Assembly (NCBI GenBank): GCA_963733055.1
Contig: CAVTBR010000001.1
Span: 288,001-352,000, forward strand
Source of the DNA: Candidatus Bathyarchaeota archaeon
GTDB lineage: Archaea; Thermoproteota; Bathyarchaeia; 40CM-2-53-6
DNA length: 64,000 nt
Reading direction: 5' to 3'
The notes beneath the pieces were generated by a model. That model made no database searches. It was not told where the DNA came from and saw only the letters and a program-made list of their open reading frames with translations. Made by a program: the position numbers and the translations under genes. Shown here piece after piece: positions 38,232 through 48,948 of the stretch. Position 1 is the stretch's first letter; every line of letters starts with the position of its first letter.

Positions 38232-39839
38232 CTATTCTGGCGGTATTGTTTTCAGCGCGATTGAGAGGTCGAGGCCCTCACGTTTGTGGTAGGCCCACGA
38301 GGCGAAGTATATGATGAACGCTAACGCGATAACGCTCCCTGTTAAGTAGTAACCGAACGTGGTGGGTACTGCTGCCGCGGGCGTTACGAATCCGAGGTAT
38401 CCTTCCCAAGCGAACGCTATTGCGGTTATGATTCCTACAATGGATACGACCGGTAGCCCTGCAAGTTTCCACCTCACGAAGCCGGGAGACTGGCTGAAGA
38501 GATCTTTCTTCACAAATGGGAAGATTGCTAACGCAAGGCCCGGTACGACGTAGCTAACGTCCCAGATCACGGTTCCCATTGTGAACGAGCCAGACCAGCC
38601 TAACAAGAAGTAGACCACTTCGGACAATATGCCGAGTACAACGACAGCTATGATAGATAGATGCGGCGTACGGAATCGCTCTCCTATGTCCGCGAACTTA
38701 GTCGGAATTACTCTATCAAATGCCCAAGCGAACATATACTTGCTTGCGATCCAGAAGTAAGCGAAGATCGGAGCCAACGATCCGAGTAGGTATGTGATGA
38801 ACATGACATAGATCAGCGCGGTGTTCGGATAAGCGGCCACGGCTAACATCAACGGCTGTGAGGGTGGAAACGGAAGAGCAAACTTACCGTTGTCAAAAGC
38901 GTAGCCGACCGCGTACATCCAGTTCGCGCCAACCGCGTTTAAGGTAAGGGTTGAGGTTATGCTCCAATAGATTATGCCGAACAATAGTGACAAGAACAAT
39001 GCGATTGGAATTGATTTCTTAACGTTCTTGATTTCTCCTACGAAAGCGTTTGTGTAATTTCCTCCCAAGAGAAAGAGTGATGCGAGCGGAAGCGCAACGG
39101 CAATGGAAGAGAAGCCTGGTGGAGAAAGCGTGAAGCCGGCCGACTGTCCTGCTGATTGGACTGCTTGGTATGTGGCGTTGTTTCCGAAACTGGGGACTAA
39201 GAGGGTGTTCCAGTTGGAAGCAAACGTTTGCGGATTCATGGTTGCGAGAATGTACCACATTAATGCTATTCCGATTACAGCAGCTATCCAGGAACCGTAC
39301 ATGAGACCTTTGATGAATCTGGATCCGAAGATGGAGAACACGCCGAACAGAAGCGTAAGCAAGATCGAAAGCTCAATTGTCCCAACCGAACCGCCAAGGA
39401 AACTCCCGAAGTTGGTCATTGATGGCGAGTTGCCGATTATTCCAAGTGACGTCAAGGAAATTGAAAACGCAAATGAAAACGGCGCGACTCCGGCTCCCAC
39501 AAAGGCGACGAATAGGACGATGAACATGTAGATTAATCCCCAAGCGAAACCGATTGCGGGATGGAAGATTCTCCCCACCCAGACGTAATCATTTCCAGTC
39601 CTAGGCATTACTATAGCCATGACCCAGTATGCAACCATCAGGAAAATGAATGGAATCGCCGCTACTACCAAGGAGGTTGGGAGGTCAGCACCTCCGGTAT
39701 TTCCATAGAACCAAGCGAATTGGACGGTCGTAAAGATAAGTGCGAACACCATTGCACTAGAAAAGAGCAATGCATCTAGTGCGCCGAATTCCCTGACGAA
39801 ACCTGTCGCATTTCTAACGAAAACTTTTGATGAGGCCAA
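38232..39839 (-). CDS. APC family amino acid permease
   Basis: FVRNATG, MPRTGNDYVW, GEIK, FAWAFDR, C-terminal IPPE. Confidence 0.9.
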   Translation of the reverse strand: MASSKVFVRNATGFVREFGALDALLFSSAMVFALIFTTVQFAWFYGNTGGADLPTSLVVAAIPFIFLMVAYWVMAIVMPRTGNDYVWVGRIFHPAIGFAWGLIYMFIVLFVAFVGAGVAPFSFAFSISLTSLGIIGNSPSMTNFGSFLGGSVGTIELSILLTLLFGVFSIFGSRFIKGLMYGSWIAAVIGIALMWYILATMNPQTFASNWNTLLVPSFGNNATYQAVQSAGQSAGFTLSPPGFSSIAVALPLASLFLLGGNYTNAFVGEIKNVKKSIPIALFLSLLFGIIYWSITSTLTLNAVGANWMYAVGYAFDNGKFALPFPPSQPLMLAVAAYPNTALIYVMFITYLLGSLAPIFAYFWIASKYMFAWAFDRVIPTKFADIGERFRTPHLSIIAVVVLGILSEVVYFLLGWSGSFTMGTVIWDVSYVVPGLALAIFPFVKKDLFSQSPGFVRWKLAGLPVVSIVGIITAIAFAWEGYLGFVTPAAAVPTTFGYYLTGSVIALAFIIYFASWAYHKREGLDLSIALKTIPPE

Positions 39840-39937
39840 ACCCGTTCTATACGTACGACTTGGGCTTTACATATAACATTTACGAGCTCTGAGCCAAGCG
39901 TCACGGGCCTATGAGCCTGAAAACACTGGCCGCCGCT

Positions 39938-41131
39938 TCAATTCACACCTACTCGGTAAAGCGTACTTGCATTTCCTGAAAGGATACTCGCTGCTTTCTC
40001 CGTGGCCTCATCCTCATCGAAAACGTTTCCCTCAATGAATTTAGTGAAACATTTCTCGAGCACCCGTTTCCCTAGTTTCGCGCTGAACCAGAAAACTTCT
40101 GGGACGCCGAAACCATCGGAACCGTACATAACCTTCGAACTCGGAGCAATCTCCAAGATTTCCATAAGCCGCTGATCGCTGACAGGGTTGAGGAATGGAA
40201 TTGTGAGGGAGAAGTCCAGGAAGACGTTCGGAAGTACGGATGCCATGTAGGCGGCATTTTGGTTGTTTGGAAACCCAGAGTGGACCAGTGCGACTGTTGC
40301 GTGTCGGATCTTATCGTCCGTAAGAAGGTCAAACAACAGCCCCGGATCACATTGATCTAGCAGGATCTCGTAGTCCCCAACGCCGGTGTGGATCTGCATT
40401 GGAATGTCCAGGTCGATCGAGAGCTCTAACGATCGAACGGTTAGAAAGTCACGAAGCATCTTCACCTTGGGGCCAAACCAAGCCTGTTCCGCGCGGCCTT
40501 GTCGTGCAGCCTGAAAATCGTTCTTAGCAGTTTTTTCGTCTACCCGCCTTATCTTTAGACCAGTTCGATACGCGATAATAGTCTTAAGCCCAACAAAGCC
40601 CTCGCTCTTGACCGCCTTGCGGATTCTCGAATCGAATTCCGAGCAAAACTCTTCAAATGAGTCGTGTTTTGCCAACAATTCGTTGATCTGGGGTTCGACC
40701 CGAAATATCTTCGCAACCTTAGCCGGAAAATGCTTCACATCGTCCTCGGTTAAGGGAGGGTAAGCGCCGTCCATAACGAGGCCCTCAAGCCTTACGTTTT
40801 GGAATAGTTCCCGCACGTATGAGTCAAAGTCTTTGGCCCTGGCGCTTCGGGCACTGGCGACCGCTTCTAAGTCATCTTTGCAGTGGAAGAATTCAGAGAG
40901 CCACCGAAACATCAGATTGGAGTATGGCTGCTCCACATCCATCGCTGAAATTCTGCTCTTAGATCTCTGCAACTGATTGAGAGCCGGTTTGAATTTCCCG
41001 TCTAGAAAACTCGGAGGTGCCGCGAGAATGTTCGAGTACCGGGCAAATTCGGTTGAATGCATGACCTTCGGCGAGCTTAGGTACGAGTGACAGTGCGCAT
41101 CCACGACGGGTAGCTTGGAGAAATCGAGCAA
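39938..41131 (-). CDS. Amidohydrolase (Amidohydro_2 family)
   Basis: [25 protein letters not shown]. Confidence 0.9.
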   Translation of the reverse strand: MLDFSKLPVVDAHCHSYLSSPKVMHSTEFARYSNILAAPPSFLDGKFKPALNQLQRSKSRISAMDVEQPYSNLMFRWLSEFFHCKDDLEAVASARSARAKDFDSYVRELFQNVRLEGLVMDGAYPPLTEDDVKHFPAKVAKIFRVEPQINELLAKHDSFEEFCSEFDSRIRKAVKSEGFVGLKTIIAYRTGLKIRRVDEKTAKNDFQAARQGRAEQAWFGPKVKMLRDFLTVRSLELSIDLDIPMQIHTGVGDYEILLDQCDPGLLFDLLTDDKIRHATVALVHSGFPNNQNAAYMASVLPNVFLDFSLTIPFLNPVSDQRLMEILEIAPSSKVMYGSDGFGVPEVFWFSAKLGKRVLEKCFTKFIEGNVFDEDEATEKAASILSGNASTLYRVGVN

Positions 41132-41207
41132 AGAGGTAAGTCACTACCGGGTTGAAAACGCATCAACTTCTAATAACACCGTCGGAAGGTCACCGAAATG
41201 GGGACCA

Positions 41208-42810
41208 TTGCGCTTGTTCACTTCAGGCTTGGTTGTCTCAGCGAATCCTGAAGCATCAAAGTCCGGCTTGAGTATTCTAAAGAACGGAGGCAATGCTGTA
41301 GACGCAGCCGTAGCTACCGCGCACACTCTCGGTGTGGCCGCGCCGGCTTTCTCCGGAATCGGTGGAGGCGGATTCGCATTGATTTGGCTCGCGGGAAGCG
41401 AAAGCGGTCTTCATTGATTTTCGCGAGAGAGCCCCGTCCAATGCCTCAGAGGAGATGTTCAAGCTAACGAGGTCGGGGAAGGTCGTCCGTGAGGAGAATT
41501 CAGTGGGTTACAAGTCCGTGGCAGTTCCCGGAACAATCTCAGGCCATGGTTTGATGCTAGAGAAATATGGGACGATGAAGTTGAAGGACACACTCGCGCC
41601 CGCCATTAAATGTGCAAGAAGGGGCTTTCGCGTGGGTAGGGCGCTTGACTTCACTTGGAAACCCGGTGTAACGAAACTCAAGCGGTTTGACGACTCCAGG
41701 AAGACGTACCTCAAAAGAGGCCGACCCTACCACCAAGGCGAGAAGATTACACTACCATCCCTAGCGAAAACCCTAGAGACCTTAGGACATGATGGTGTCG
41801 AGGAATTCTACAACGGAGCGATTGCGGAGAAGATTTGTCAGGACATGAAGGCAAATGACGGGCTCATAACTTCCGCTGATCTGGAACGATACAAGCCTAC
41901 GATACGGGAACCGCTTCGTGGAACATACAGGGATTACGAAATTCTTACCGCGCCACCACCGAGTTCTGGTGGAGCAATAATTCTTCAATCACTCAACATG
42001 TTGGAGAGCCGACCTCTGGAACGTTTCGGGCAGAACTCTCCGAAATCATTGCATGTAATCTCGGAAGCGTTAGCGCGAAGTAATTTGAGCTGCAGAGCCA
42101 GCATTTCCGATCCTGAATTCGTCGACGCTCCGATGGGTAAGTTGCTATCGAAGGAATTCGCGGAAGAAGTTGGGTCGACGATTAACCCGGACAGAGCCTC
42201 AATGCCAGCCGAACCGACCGGCTCCCCTTTGATGCCCGCTTCGAATACGTCACATTTAGTGGTGATCGATTCTGAGCATAATTTGGTTTCGATGACGGAG
42301 AGCGTGGAATGCTATTTCGGTTCAGGAATCACCGTTCCGGGGACTGGGATGATTTTGAATGACACGATGCATGATTTTGAGCCTAGGCCGAAGATGGCGA
42401 ATTCCGTGGCTCCTTGGAAGATACCGATGAGCAGCATGACTCCCACCATCATCCTCAAGAACGGTCGACCAATCATGGCGGTTGGCTCAGCCGGAGGGCC
42501 GAGAATCGTCTCGTCAATCTTGCTGGTTATTTTGAACGTGCTGGAGTTCAAAATGGGGCTCGAAAACGCTGTGGCGGCTCCAAGAATTCATGTCCACGGA
42601 AACCTTGTACAACTGGAAAACACCCTAACCCGAAAGACCGCGACCGAACTCCGCAAGATGGGACATTCGGTTGAAATAAGAAAACTCACGGGACGGGGAG
42701 ACCCAGGGTTGTATTTCGGTGGTGTACACGCAGCACAACTCTCAGAAGACAACCGCCTAAGCGGCGCGGCGGACCCGAGAAGAGATGGCCTCGCGGTTGG
42801 CATACCTTGA
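41208..42810 (+). CDS. ggt: Gamma-glutamyltransferase, frameshifted near 41390-41405
   Basis: [18 protein letters not shown] in one frame; [33 protein letters not shown] in the next. Confidence 0.9.
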
Positions 42811-42889
42811 CAGGCCGATGTGGCTGTAACGTAAGGAAACCTTCAGATTAATAGCGAGCGCCACAGCCATAGGGCGAGGTAACTAGCCT

Positions 42890-43099
42890 TTGTCAGAAGT
42901 GAAAAAGTTCAGAATTACGGGTGAGATAAAGAAAGGCCTCACTAAGGTTCCTTTCTCTGTCGAATTCAGCGCCCTCAAGAAGGAACATGCGCTCGAACGG
43001 CTTTACGCAGAGATGGGAAGTAGGCATAGAGCGCGCCAATTCGAGATTAAGATAAAGGACGTTCAGGAATCGAAACCGGCGGCCGAAGCCAAGGCATAG
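42890..43099 (+). CDS. rpl18a: 50S ribosomal protein eL20 (L18Ae/LX)
   Basis: ALERLYAEMGSRH. Confidence 0.92.
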   Translation: MSEVKKFRITGEIKKGLTKVPFSVEFSALKKEHALERLYAEMGSRHRARQFEIKIKDVQESKPAAEAKA

Positions 43100-43103
43100 A
43101 GAA

Positions 43104-43571
43104 ATGGCATCGTCATCGTCACAGGTGAAGGAAGAGGACGTCGTTCGACAACTCGCGTCCGAGATACGTATCCTCGAAGGATCTATAGGTGTCCTCCAGT
43201 CGAGATTGGATATCGTTCGCGCCGCGATCAACGAAGTCACCTTAGCCTATAACACTCTTGACGGCATGAAGAAACTTGAGACCGGAGAGGCTACCCTTAT
43301 TCCCGTTGGTGCGGGTTCGTACATTAGAATGCAAGTGGCTGATTCGAAGAAACTTGTTATGGGCATAGGGGCTGGAGTAGCGATCGAGAAGGATGTCGAG
43401 AGTTCCGTGGAGGAATTGAAGGGCAGACTTCAAGATCTGGACAAGGCCAGGACCTCGATCCAACAACAACTAGACCAGACAGTCTCCCGGTACCAGCAGG
43501 ATCGAGAAACTATCGAAGAACTGCTAAGGCAACAGTCCCAGCCGTCCCAACCGCAAAGAAGAGCTAGTTGA
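43104..43571 (+). CDS. pfdA: Prefoldin alpha subunit
   Basis: LIPVGAGSY, IGAGVAIEK, coiled coils. Confidence 0.93.
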   Translation: MASSSSQVKEEDVVRQLASEIRILEGSIGVLQSRLDIVRAAINEVTLAYNTLDGMKKLETGEATLIPVGAGSYIRMQVADSKKLVMGIGAGVAIEKDVESSVEELKGRLQDLDKARTSIQQQLDQTVSRYQQDRETIEELLRQQSQPSQPQRRAS

Positions 43572-43609
43572 CGCCATATCCAACATAGTCCTCGCTTGTG
43601 CCGTGAGTC

Positions 43610-44515
43610 TTGTTCGAGAAGCTGAGATCAGGCGTTAGCGGCCTAGTTCAAAAGATATCCCAACGAGAATTATCTGACAAAGACATCGGGCAAGTGCTCG
43701 ATGAATTTCTCCTAGTCTTAGTCCAGAACGATGTCGCATATGAGGTTGCACAGAAGATTTGTGACGGCTTACGACAGAAACTTGAGACTACTCAGGTACG
43801 ACGTTTTGCCGACGCTTCCGTGCCGGCAAAAACCGTGCTCCATGACGTTCTGCTTGATCTCTTGAAGGGGAGTGGAGGAGAATCATTCTTCAAGGTGCTG
43901 GACGAGGGCAAGGCTCAGCACAAACCCGTCGTAATACTCTTCGTAGGAGTTAATGGTACGGGGAAGACGAGCACCGTCGCCAAGATAGGTTACCTGCTTC
44001 AGCACAAGGGTTACTCGGTTCTGATAGCCGCCGCCGACACGTACCGTACCGGATCCATAGAACAGATCGAGGAACACGCACGGAGAATTGGGATTAGAAC
44101 CATCAAACATGATTACGGCGGAGATGCAGCCGCGGTTGCGTTTGACGCCTCAAACTTCGCAAACGCCCATGGCACGAACGCCGTCCTGATAGATACGGCG
44201 GGGAGGATGCAGACGAACAAGAACCTCCTCGAGGAAATGAAGAAGATCAGTCGAGTGGCCAAGCCCAGCATCACCATCCTTGTCGTGGACGCGTTGACTG
44301 GAAATGATGCTGTCGAGCAGGGTCGAACATTTTCAGAAGCCGTGAACATAGACGGCGTGATACTCACGAAACTTGACGCCGACGCGAAAGGTGGAAGCGC
44401 CATATCGATGGCGACCATAATCGGTAAACCCATCCTCTTCGCCACCGTTGGGCAGGGTTACGAAGACATAATCCCCTTCGAACCAGAACAAATGGTCGAG
44501 AAGATCGTCGGCTAG
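43610..44515 (+). CDS. ftsY: SRP docking protein FtsY
   Basis: GVNGTGKT, DTYR, DTAGR, TKLDADAKGG. Confidence 0.97.
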   Translation: MFEKLRSGVSGLVQKISQRELSDKDIGQVLDEFLLVLVQNDVAYEVAQKICDGLRQKLETTQVRRFADASVPAKTVLHDVLLDLLKGSGGESFFKVLDEGKAQHKPVVILFVGVNGTGKTSTVAKIGYLLQHKGYSVLIAAADTYRTGSIEQIEEHARRIGIRTIKHDYGGDAAAVAFDASNFANAHGTNAVLIDTAGRMQTNKNLLEEMKKISRVAKPSITILVVDALTGNDAVEQGRTFSEAVNIDGVILTKLDADAKGGSAISMATIIGKPILFATVGQGYEDIIPFEPEQMVEKIVG

Positions 44516-44526
44516 GCGAAAGACAA

Positions 44527-45327
44527 GTGGCCGTGCTTATTATTGCCTCTAAGCGCGACCCGGCAGCCCAGAACATCGCGCAGCAGTTGACTCAGTTGCA
44601 CAATTTTCAGGAAACTCCGACTAAGGATCTATTTCGGGCGGGTGAGGTTTTCCTCAAACATGTCGAGACGGACGGGATTTACACTGACAAGCTGGGCGTA
44701 GATTTCGCTCCTGAGGCGGTAATCTTTGCCTCGAGGCATCGTAGCGAGAGCAACGAACCCGCCATGACGACTCATTGGACTGGAAATACAACTGGGCGTG
44801 CCGATTTCGGCGGCAAACCCAAGAGCCTCTCATCCACAGACCCCAAGCGCCTCCGCGCCGCATTATTAGCACTGGATTCGGCTCGAGAAGCGAGGAAGTT
44901 GAACTACGCCGTTACCCTGGAAGCGACACACCATGGCCCCACCGAACTTGGGATACCAACCCTCTTCGTGGAGATAGGGAGCACGGACAAGGAGTGGAAC
45001 GATCAAGAGGCCGGAGCGGCAGCGAGCGAGGCAATTTGGAAAGCAGCGACTGACCCTACCAACGGTAAGGCTGCCGTCGGATTTGGCGGGGGACATTACT
45101 GTAACAAACACTGCGACGCCCTGCGACAGGATGGGTATGCATTCAGTCACATTTTCTCAAAGTACTTCTTTGCAGATTACGATGGATCATTGATTCGTAT
45201 GGCGTTCGACAAAACGTTGGGTGAATGCCGAACCGCCACCATAGATTGGAAAGGCATCCGCGGTTCCGAGAGAGCAGTACTGCTTGCCGATCTGAAGCAG
45301 ATGAATGTTGAAATTATCCGTGTGTAG
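44527..45327 (+). CDS. dtdA: D-aminoacyl-tRNA deacylase (archaeal)
   Basis: SRHRS, EATHHGP, FVEIGS, GGGHY. Confidence 0.93.
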   Translation: MAVLIIASKRDPAAQNIAQQLTQLHNFQETPTKDLFRAGEVFLKHVETDGIYTDKLGVDFAPEAVIFASRHRSESNEPAMTTHWTGNTTGRADFGGKPKSLSSTDPKRLRAALLALDSAREARKLNYAVTLEATHHGPTELGIPTLFVEIGSTDKEWNDQEAGAAASEAIWKAATDPTNGKAAVGFGGGHYCNKHCDALRQDGYAFSHIFSKYFFADYDGSLIRMAFDKTLGECRTATIDWKGIRGSERAVLLADLKQMNVEIIRV

Positions 45328-45403
45328 TTTCAAAGGTTAAAATAGAGGGCTTTTCATTTTCAACACGAAATCGTTCCAAGCGAAAAATCCAGAGGGACAA
45401 TAA

Positions 45404-45610
45404 GTGAACGCACAAGAATTCTGGGATTCAACCAAACGTCTACTTCATGTCACAACCAAGCCGTCACGGGATGAGGTGTCGTTGATGGTGAAGATCAGCT
45501 TTCTAGGAGTAGCAATCGTGGGCTCGCTTGGGTTCATCATACGAGTTCTCTTTCTGTTCTTCAATTTGCTCCCGGCAACGGCGACCGGGACCGCCGGAGC
45601 CTCACCTTGA
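45404..45610 (+). CDS. secE: Protein translocase SecE/Sec61-gamma
   Basis: KPSRDE, TM helix GSLGFII; upstream of spt5. Confidence 0.9.
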   Translation: MNAQEFWDSTKRLLHVTTKPSRDEVSLMVKISFLGVAIVGSLGFIIRVLFLFFNLLPATATGTAGASP

Positions 45611-46104
45611 TGAGCTCCGAGCGTAAGATGCTCATCTACGCCGTCAGAACCACCAGCGGCCAAGAAAGGACGGTCGTAGACCTTATCGCATCCAGGATAG
45701 GTTTGAAGAAACTCCCAATCGTAAGCATCCTAGCGCCCGACGTGGTTAAAGGGTACATTTTCGTGGAAGCGGCCGGGCCCCATTACGTGGACGACCTTAT
45801 CGCCGGCGTACGGCACGCGCGGGCGCGGACGAAAGGCGTGATTTCTGCTGAAGCCTTAGACCGGTTCATTGTTACAAAACCCGTAATCGAAGACCTGAAG
45901 AGCGGAGATTCCGTGGAAGTCATCAGCGGTCCGTTTAGAGGGTTGAAAGCGCGGATTACGAATGTTGACAAGTTGAAGGAGGAAGTGACGATTGAACTCT
46001 TGGAAGAGGGGTTCGCGACGCTTCCGATTACCGTGCATGCTGACTACGTGAAGCTAACCGCTAGAGGAAGTGCACCTGCAGTTGGGCGAGAAGAAGCAAG
46101 TTGA
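45610..46104 (+). CDS. spt5: Transcription elongation factor Spt5
   Basis: TTSGQE, KGYIFVEA, KOW GPFRG. Confidence 0.96.
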   Translation: MSSERKMLIYAVRTTSGQERTVVDLIASRIGLKKLPIVSILAPDVVKGYIFVEAAGPHYVDDLIAGVRHARARTKGVISAEALDRFIVTKPVIEDLKSGDSVEVISGPFRGLKARITNVDKLKEEVTIELLEEGFATLPITVHADYVKLTARGSAPAVGREEAS

Positions 46105-46572
46105 AGCTCTGTTAAACGGAGGGGAGGCTAATGCGGGCCCGCCCTTAGGACCAGCGTTGGGTCCCTTAGGAGTGAATGTGCTCCAGATCGTCAACCGGAT
46201 AAACGAACTGACCAAAGCCTACGCGGGCATGAAAGTGCCCGTCCGCGTCGTGGTCGACGTCGACACGAAGGAATTCGAGGTCGATATCGGAACACCCACT
46301 ACATCAGCCCTAGTCGTAAAGGAACTTGGAATCGCGAAAGGATCCGGCAACCCCAAGGCGGAAAAAGTTGGAAACCTCACCATGGAACAAGTCGCCAAGA
46401 TAGGTGCAATGAAAATGCCGAGCAGCTACGCGAAGTCTACCAAGGCCGCCGCGAAAGAAGTCATGGGAACCTGTGTCAGCCTAGGAATAACGATCGACGG
46501 CAAGGACCCGCCGAGGCCCAGAAAGAACTGGACCAAGGCAAATGGGACGAGCTGTTCCAAAAAGCCAAGTAA
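46082..46572 (+). CDS. rpl11: 50S ribosomal protein uL11, apparent 1-nt deletion near 46511
   Basis: GPPLGPALGP; the conserved tail EAQKELDQGKWDELF lies in a shifted frame ending TAA 46572. Confidence 0.95.
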
Positions 46573-46839
46573 TGACTGTAGATAAGTTGCCTTAACCTCT
46601 TCTGACGGTGAACTCGCCTGAGCGCCGTCCGCCTGTAGCATGAGTCGAGTAGTTTCGAGGAGCGAGCTAGCCTTCGTAGGAGAGACGGGTGGCCCCGCAT
46701 TCATACGGTCGCGAGCGTGACGCCCCGCGTCAGCTCTTTGAGGTCGTGAGGCGCGAAGCTCGCGAGCCGGGATTGTTCGCTCGCAAGCTCCGGACCACAA
46801 AAATCATATCCCGCGACGGACCTCCACCGCGCCGAGACG

Positions 46840-47225
46840 ATGAAAGCCAAATTCCTCTACACTGGAATCCGCGTGAAGGACCTCGAGGCGTCCGAGAAGT
46901 TTTACACGACCGTCCTCGGGATGAAGGTGCGCAGCCGAAACCCGAACGCCGCGGGAAAGGGGCCGTCGTCGAGCTCATCAGCGAAGAGGGCGGTGATACC
47001 CTCGAGCTCAACCGCTACGAGAAGGGCAGCCCGTTCGACACGAAGTACGAGGTCGGAGAGGGGCTGGACCACCTCGCGTTCGTGGTCAAGGACCTCGACA
47101 CCGCACTCGCGGAGGCGAAGATGGCGGGCCATCCGGTGGTCCAAGAAATGCGGGAGCCCGGGAGCCGCTACGCGTACATCCAGGACCCGAACGGGATCTG
47201 GATCGAGCTCTGCCAGTTCGGCTGA
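46840..47225 (+). CDS. VOC/glyoxalase protein, GC-rich, frameshifted near 46955
   Basis: YTGIRVKDL in one frame; LELN, LDHLAF, DPNGIWIEL in the other. Confidence 0.85.
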
Positions 47226-47278
47226 GCTCTGAAGGCGAGCCTATGCGACCCGGGCCTCTTCCAACAAGAGCACTTAGT

Positions 47279-47938
47279 TTAGAGTCCCAGTGTTCGACTG
47301 ATTTGCATTAGTTCCGCACCGCGCGTCAACGCGCCCACGACAGCCCCTTTTGAGTTGGCGAGGATTCCCGACTTAACGAATGGCACGCCCCCGTTCGTTG
47401 AACTAACGTCTGTCTCAACATGCAGAGCGGATCTGACCACTTCGAGTTCCTCCAGTGAGGTGTTCGGGCTAAGCATGGCTCCCTTGTTCGTTGCTACGCC
47501 TAGTGCCCCCACGAATGATAATGTACCCAACTTGCCGAATGCTGACTCAACCTTCAATTCGTCATTTACCGCCCTCACGACATGTGATGAGGCGTCTGGA
47601 TGTACAACGGCGCCCTTATCGTTGGCTAAAATGACGTTACCTAGCGCAGTCCATCTAGAATCTACCATTACAACTTTCATGAATTCTTGTATTCTATTCA
47701 ACTCATAGTCTTGAATCGTGTGCGGTACTAGGATAGCATTGGAGTTCCCAGTAACTAGTGCTCCCACCAGAGTGGAGCTAGCAATCGTTGTACTGCAGAC
47801 TTCAACGCCTAGCGTCTCGGCGAACTGGCTGAGTTTATGTTTCGTCATGCCTGGAGGAACGATGGCAATCTTCTCATTTGCGAAGCAGTAAACGCCGATG
47901 TTCGGACTGCCGAATACGTCTGCGAGGATTATGGGCAT
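47279..47938 (-). CDS. eif6: Translation initiation factor 6
   Basis: PNIGVY, GNSN, ALGNVILANDKGA, NGGVPFV. Confidence 0.95.
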   Translation of the reverse strand: MPIILADVFGSPNIGVYCFANEKIAIVPPGMTKHKLSQFAETLGVEVCSTTIASSTLVGALVTGNSNAILVPHTIQDYELNRIQEFMKVVMVDSRWTALGNVILANDKGAVVHPDASSHVVRAVNDELKVESAFGKLGTLSFVGALGVATNKGAMLSPNTSLEELEVVRSALHVETDVSSTNGGVPFVKSGILANSKGAVVGALTRGAELMQISRTLGL

Positions 47939-47975
47939 TCCGAATTTACCACGCACGAACCAGCGAATCGGTTGC

Positions 47976-48422
47976 TTAGGTCTTCGCCGGGTAAACTATG
48001 ACTTTGCCTTCCTTGTCTTTTACGGCGCGAACAGTGATCTTTCGCGGTGGTTTGTTGATGCTTCGCGCCCACAGTTCCGAATTAATCTCGTTACTGATAG
48101 CGACTTCGTCCGCTTTCATGTGTCGAGCGACGAAATCTCTCACATCCCTAACAGCCCGGGGTGCTCTTTTTCCGCGCGGAGTGACGACGTGGACATGGCG
48201 TAGTGAGATTGTGTAGACCTTCTCTTCGACGACTTCAATTTCTTCTTCACCCTCAGCGGTGGGTTCGGCCTCAGCCGCAGCGGGAAGAGTTTCCGCTGGT
48301 GCTTCTGCCTCTTCTTCGGGGGCGGTTGTTTCCTCCGTTGTGGGCTCTTCTGTTGGTGCTTCTTCGACTTCTTCTTCCTCGGCTTCGACGACGTTCTCTT
48401 CCTTAGACTCAGTTTCGCTCAT
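47976..48422 (-). CDS. rpl31e: 50S ribosomal protein eL31 with acidic N-terminal extension
   Basis: YTISLR, KRAPRA, RHMK, PPRKITV. Confidence 0.93.
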   Translation of the reverse strand: MSETESKEENVVEAEEEEVEEAPTEEPTTEETTAPEEEAEAPAETLPAAAEAEPTAEGEEEIEVVEEKVYTISLRHVHVVTPRGKRAPRAVRDVRDFVARHMKADEVAISNEINSELWARSINKPPRKITVRAVKDKEGKVIVYPAKT

Positions 48423-48438
48423 TCACTTTTCTCCTCCT

Positions 48439-48594
48439 CTAAGCTTTCAGCTTCGTTCTGCGCCATTGCCTTTTCTTCGGGTGAGTTCTGGTGTGACCGT
48501 CAGTTTTCGCCATTACCCAGGTTGGAACGGGTTTACGAGTTTTGCCGGCTGCGGCGAGTCTTCGTTTTCTCGCGGTTGGTTTGTTTCTCGCCAT
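48439..48594 (-). CDS. rpl39e: 50S ribosomal protein eL39 (not in the ORF track)
   Basis: Manual translation [37 protein letters not shown]. Confidence 0.95.
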   Translation of the reverse strand: MARNKPTARKRRLAAAGKTRKPVPTWVMAKTDGHTRTHPKKRQWRRTKLKA

Positions 48595-48597
48595 GGT

Positions 48598-48948
48598 CTA
48601 GGCTCTCCGAATTCGAATTTCCTTTCGTGACGACTGCAATCGTCCCAACGCTTCCTTAAGTTGATCGTCCGAGATCGGAACCTTGACCCTGCCGCTTTGT
48701 GCGAGTTGTATGAGTTGCATTTCTACCTGTTCCGCGAATTCTGGTTTTACCATTCGTATGTTTGTTAACCTTTGTCTTGCCTCGGGAGTCATGATTTGTT
48801 TTAGGGCTGCCTGTTTTTGGGCTTCAAATTGTCTTCGAGATTCTGATTGTCTTTGTTCATCTAATGCGGCGCGTTGAAGGTCCGAGTATCTCCTTCGCCT
48901 GATTTCTGTGAGTTCTTCGTCGGAGTAGTCCTCATCATTGCTCATCAT
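48598..48948 (-). CDS. PDCD5-like DNA-binding protein
   Basis: TPEARQRLTNIRMVKPE, LIQLAQSGR. Confidence 0.93.
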   Translation of the reverse strand: MMSNDEDYSDEELTEIRRRRYSDLQRAALDEQRQSESRRQFEAQKQAALKQIMTPEARQRLTNIRMVKPEFAEQVEMQLIQLAQSGRVKVPISDDQLKEALGRLQSSRKEIRIRRA

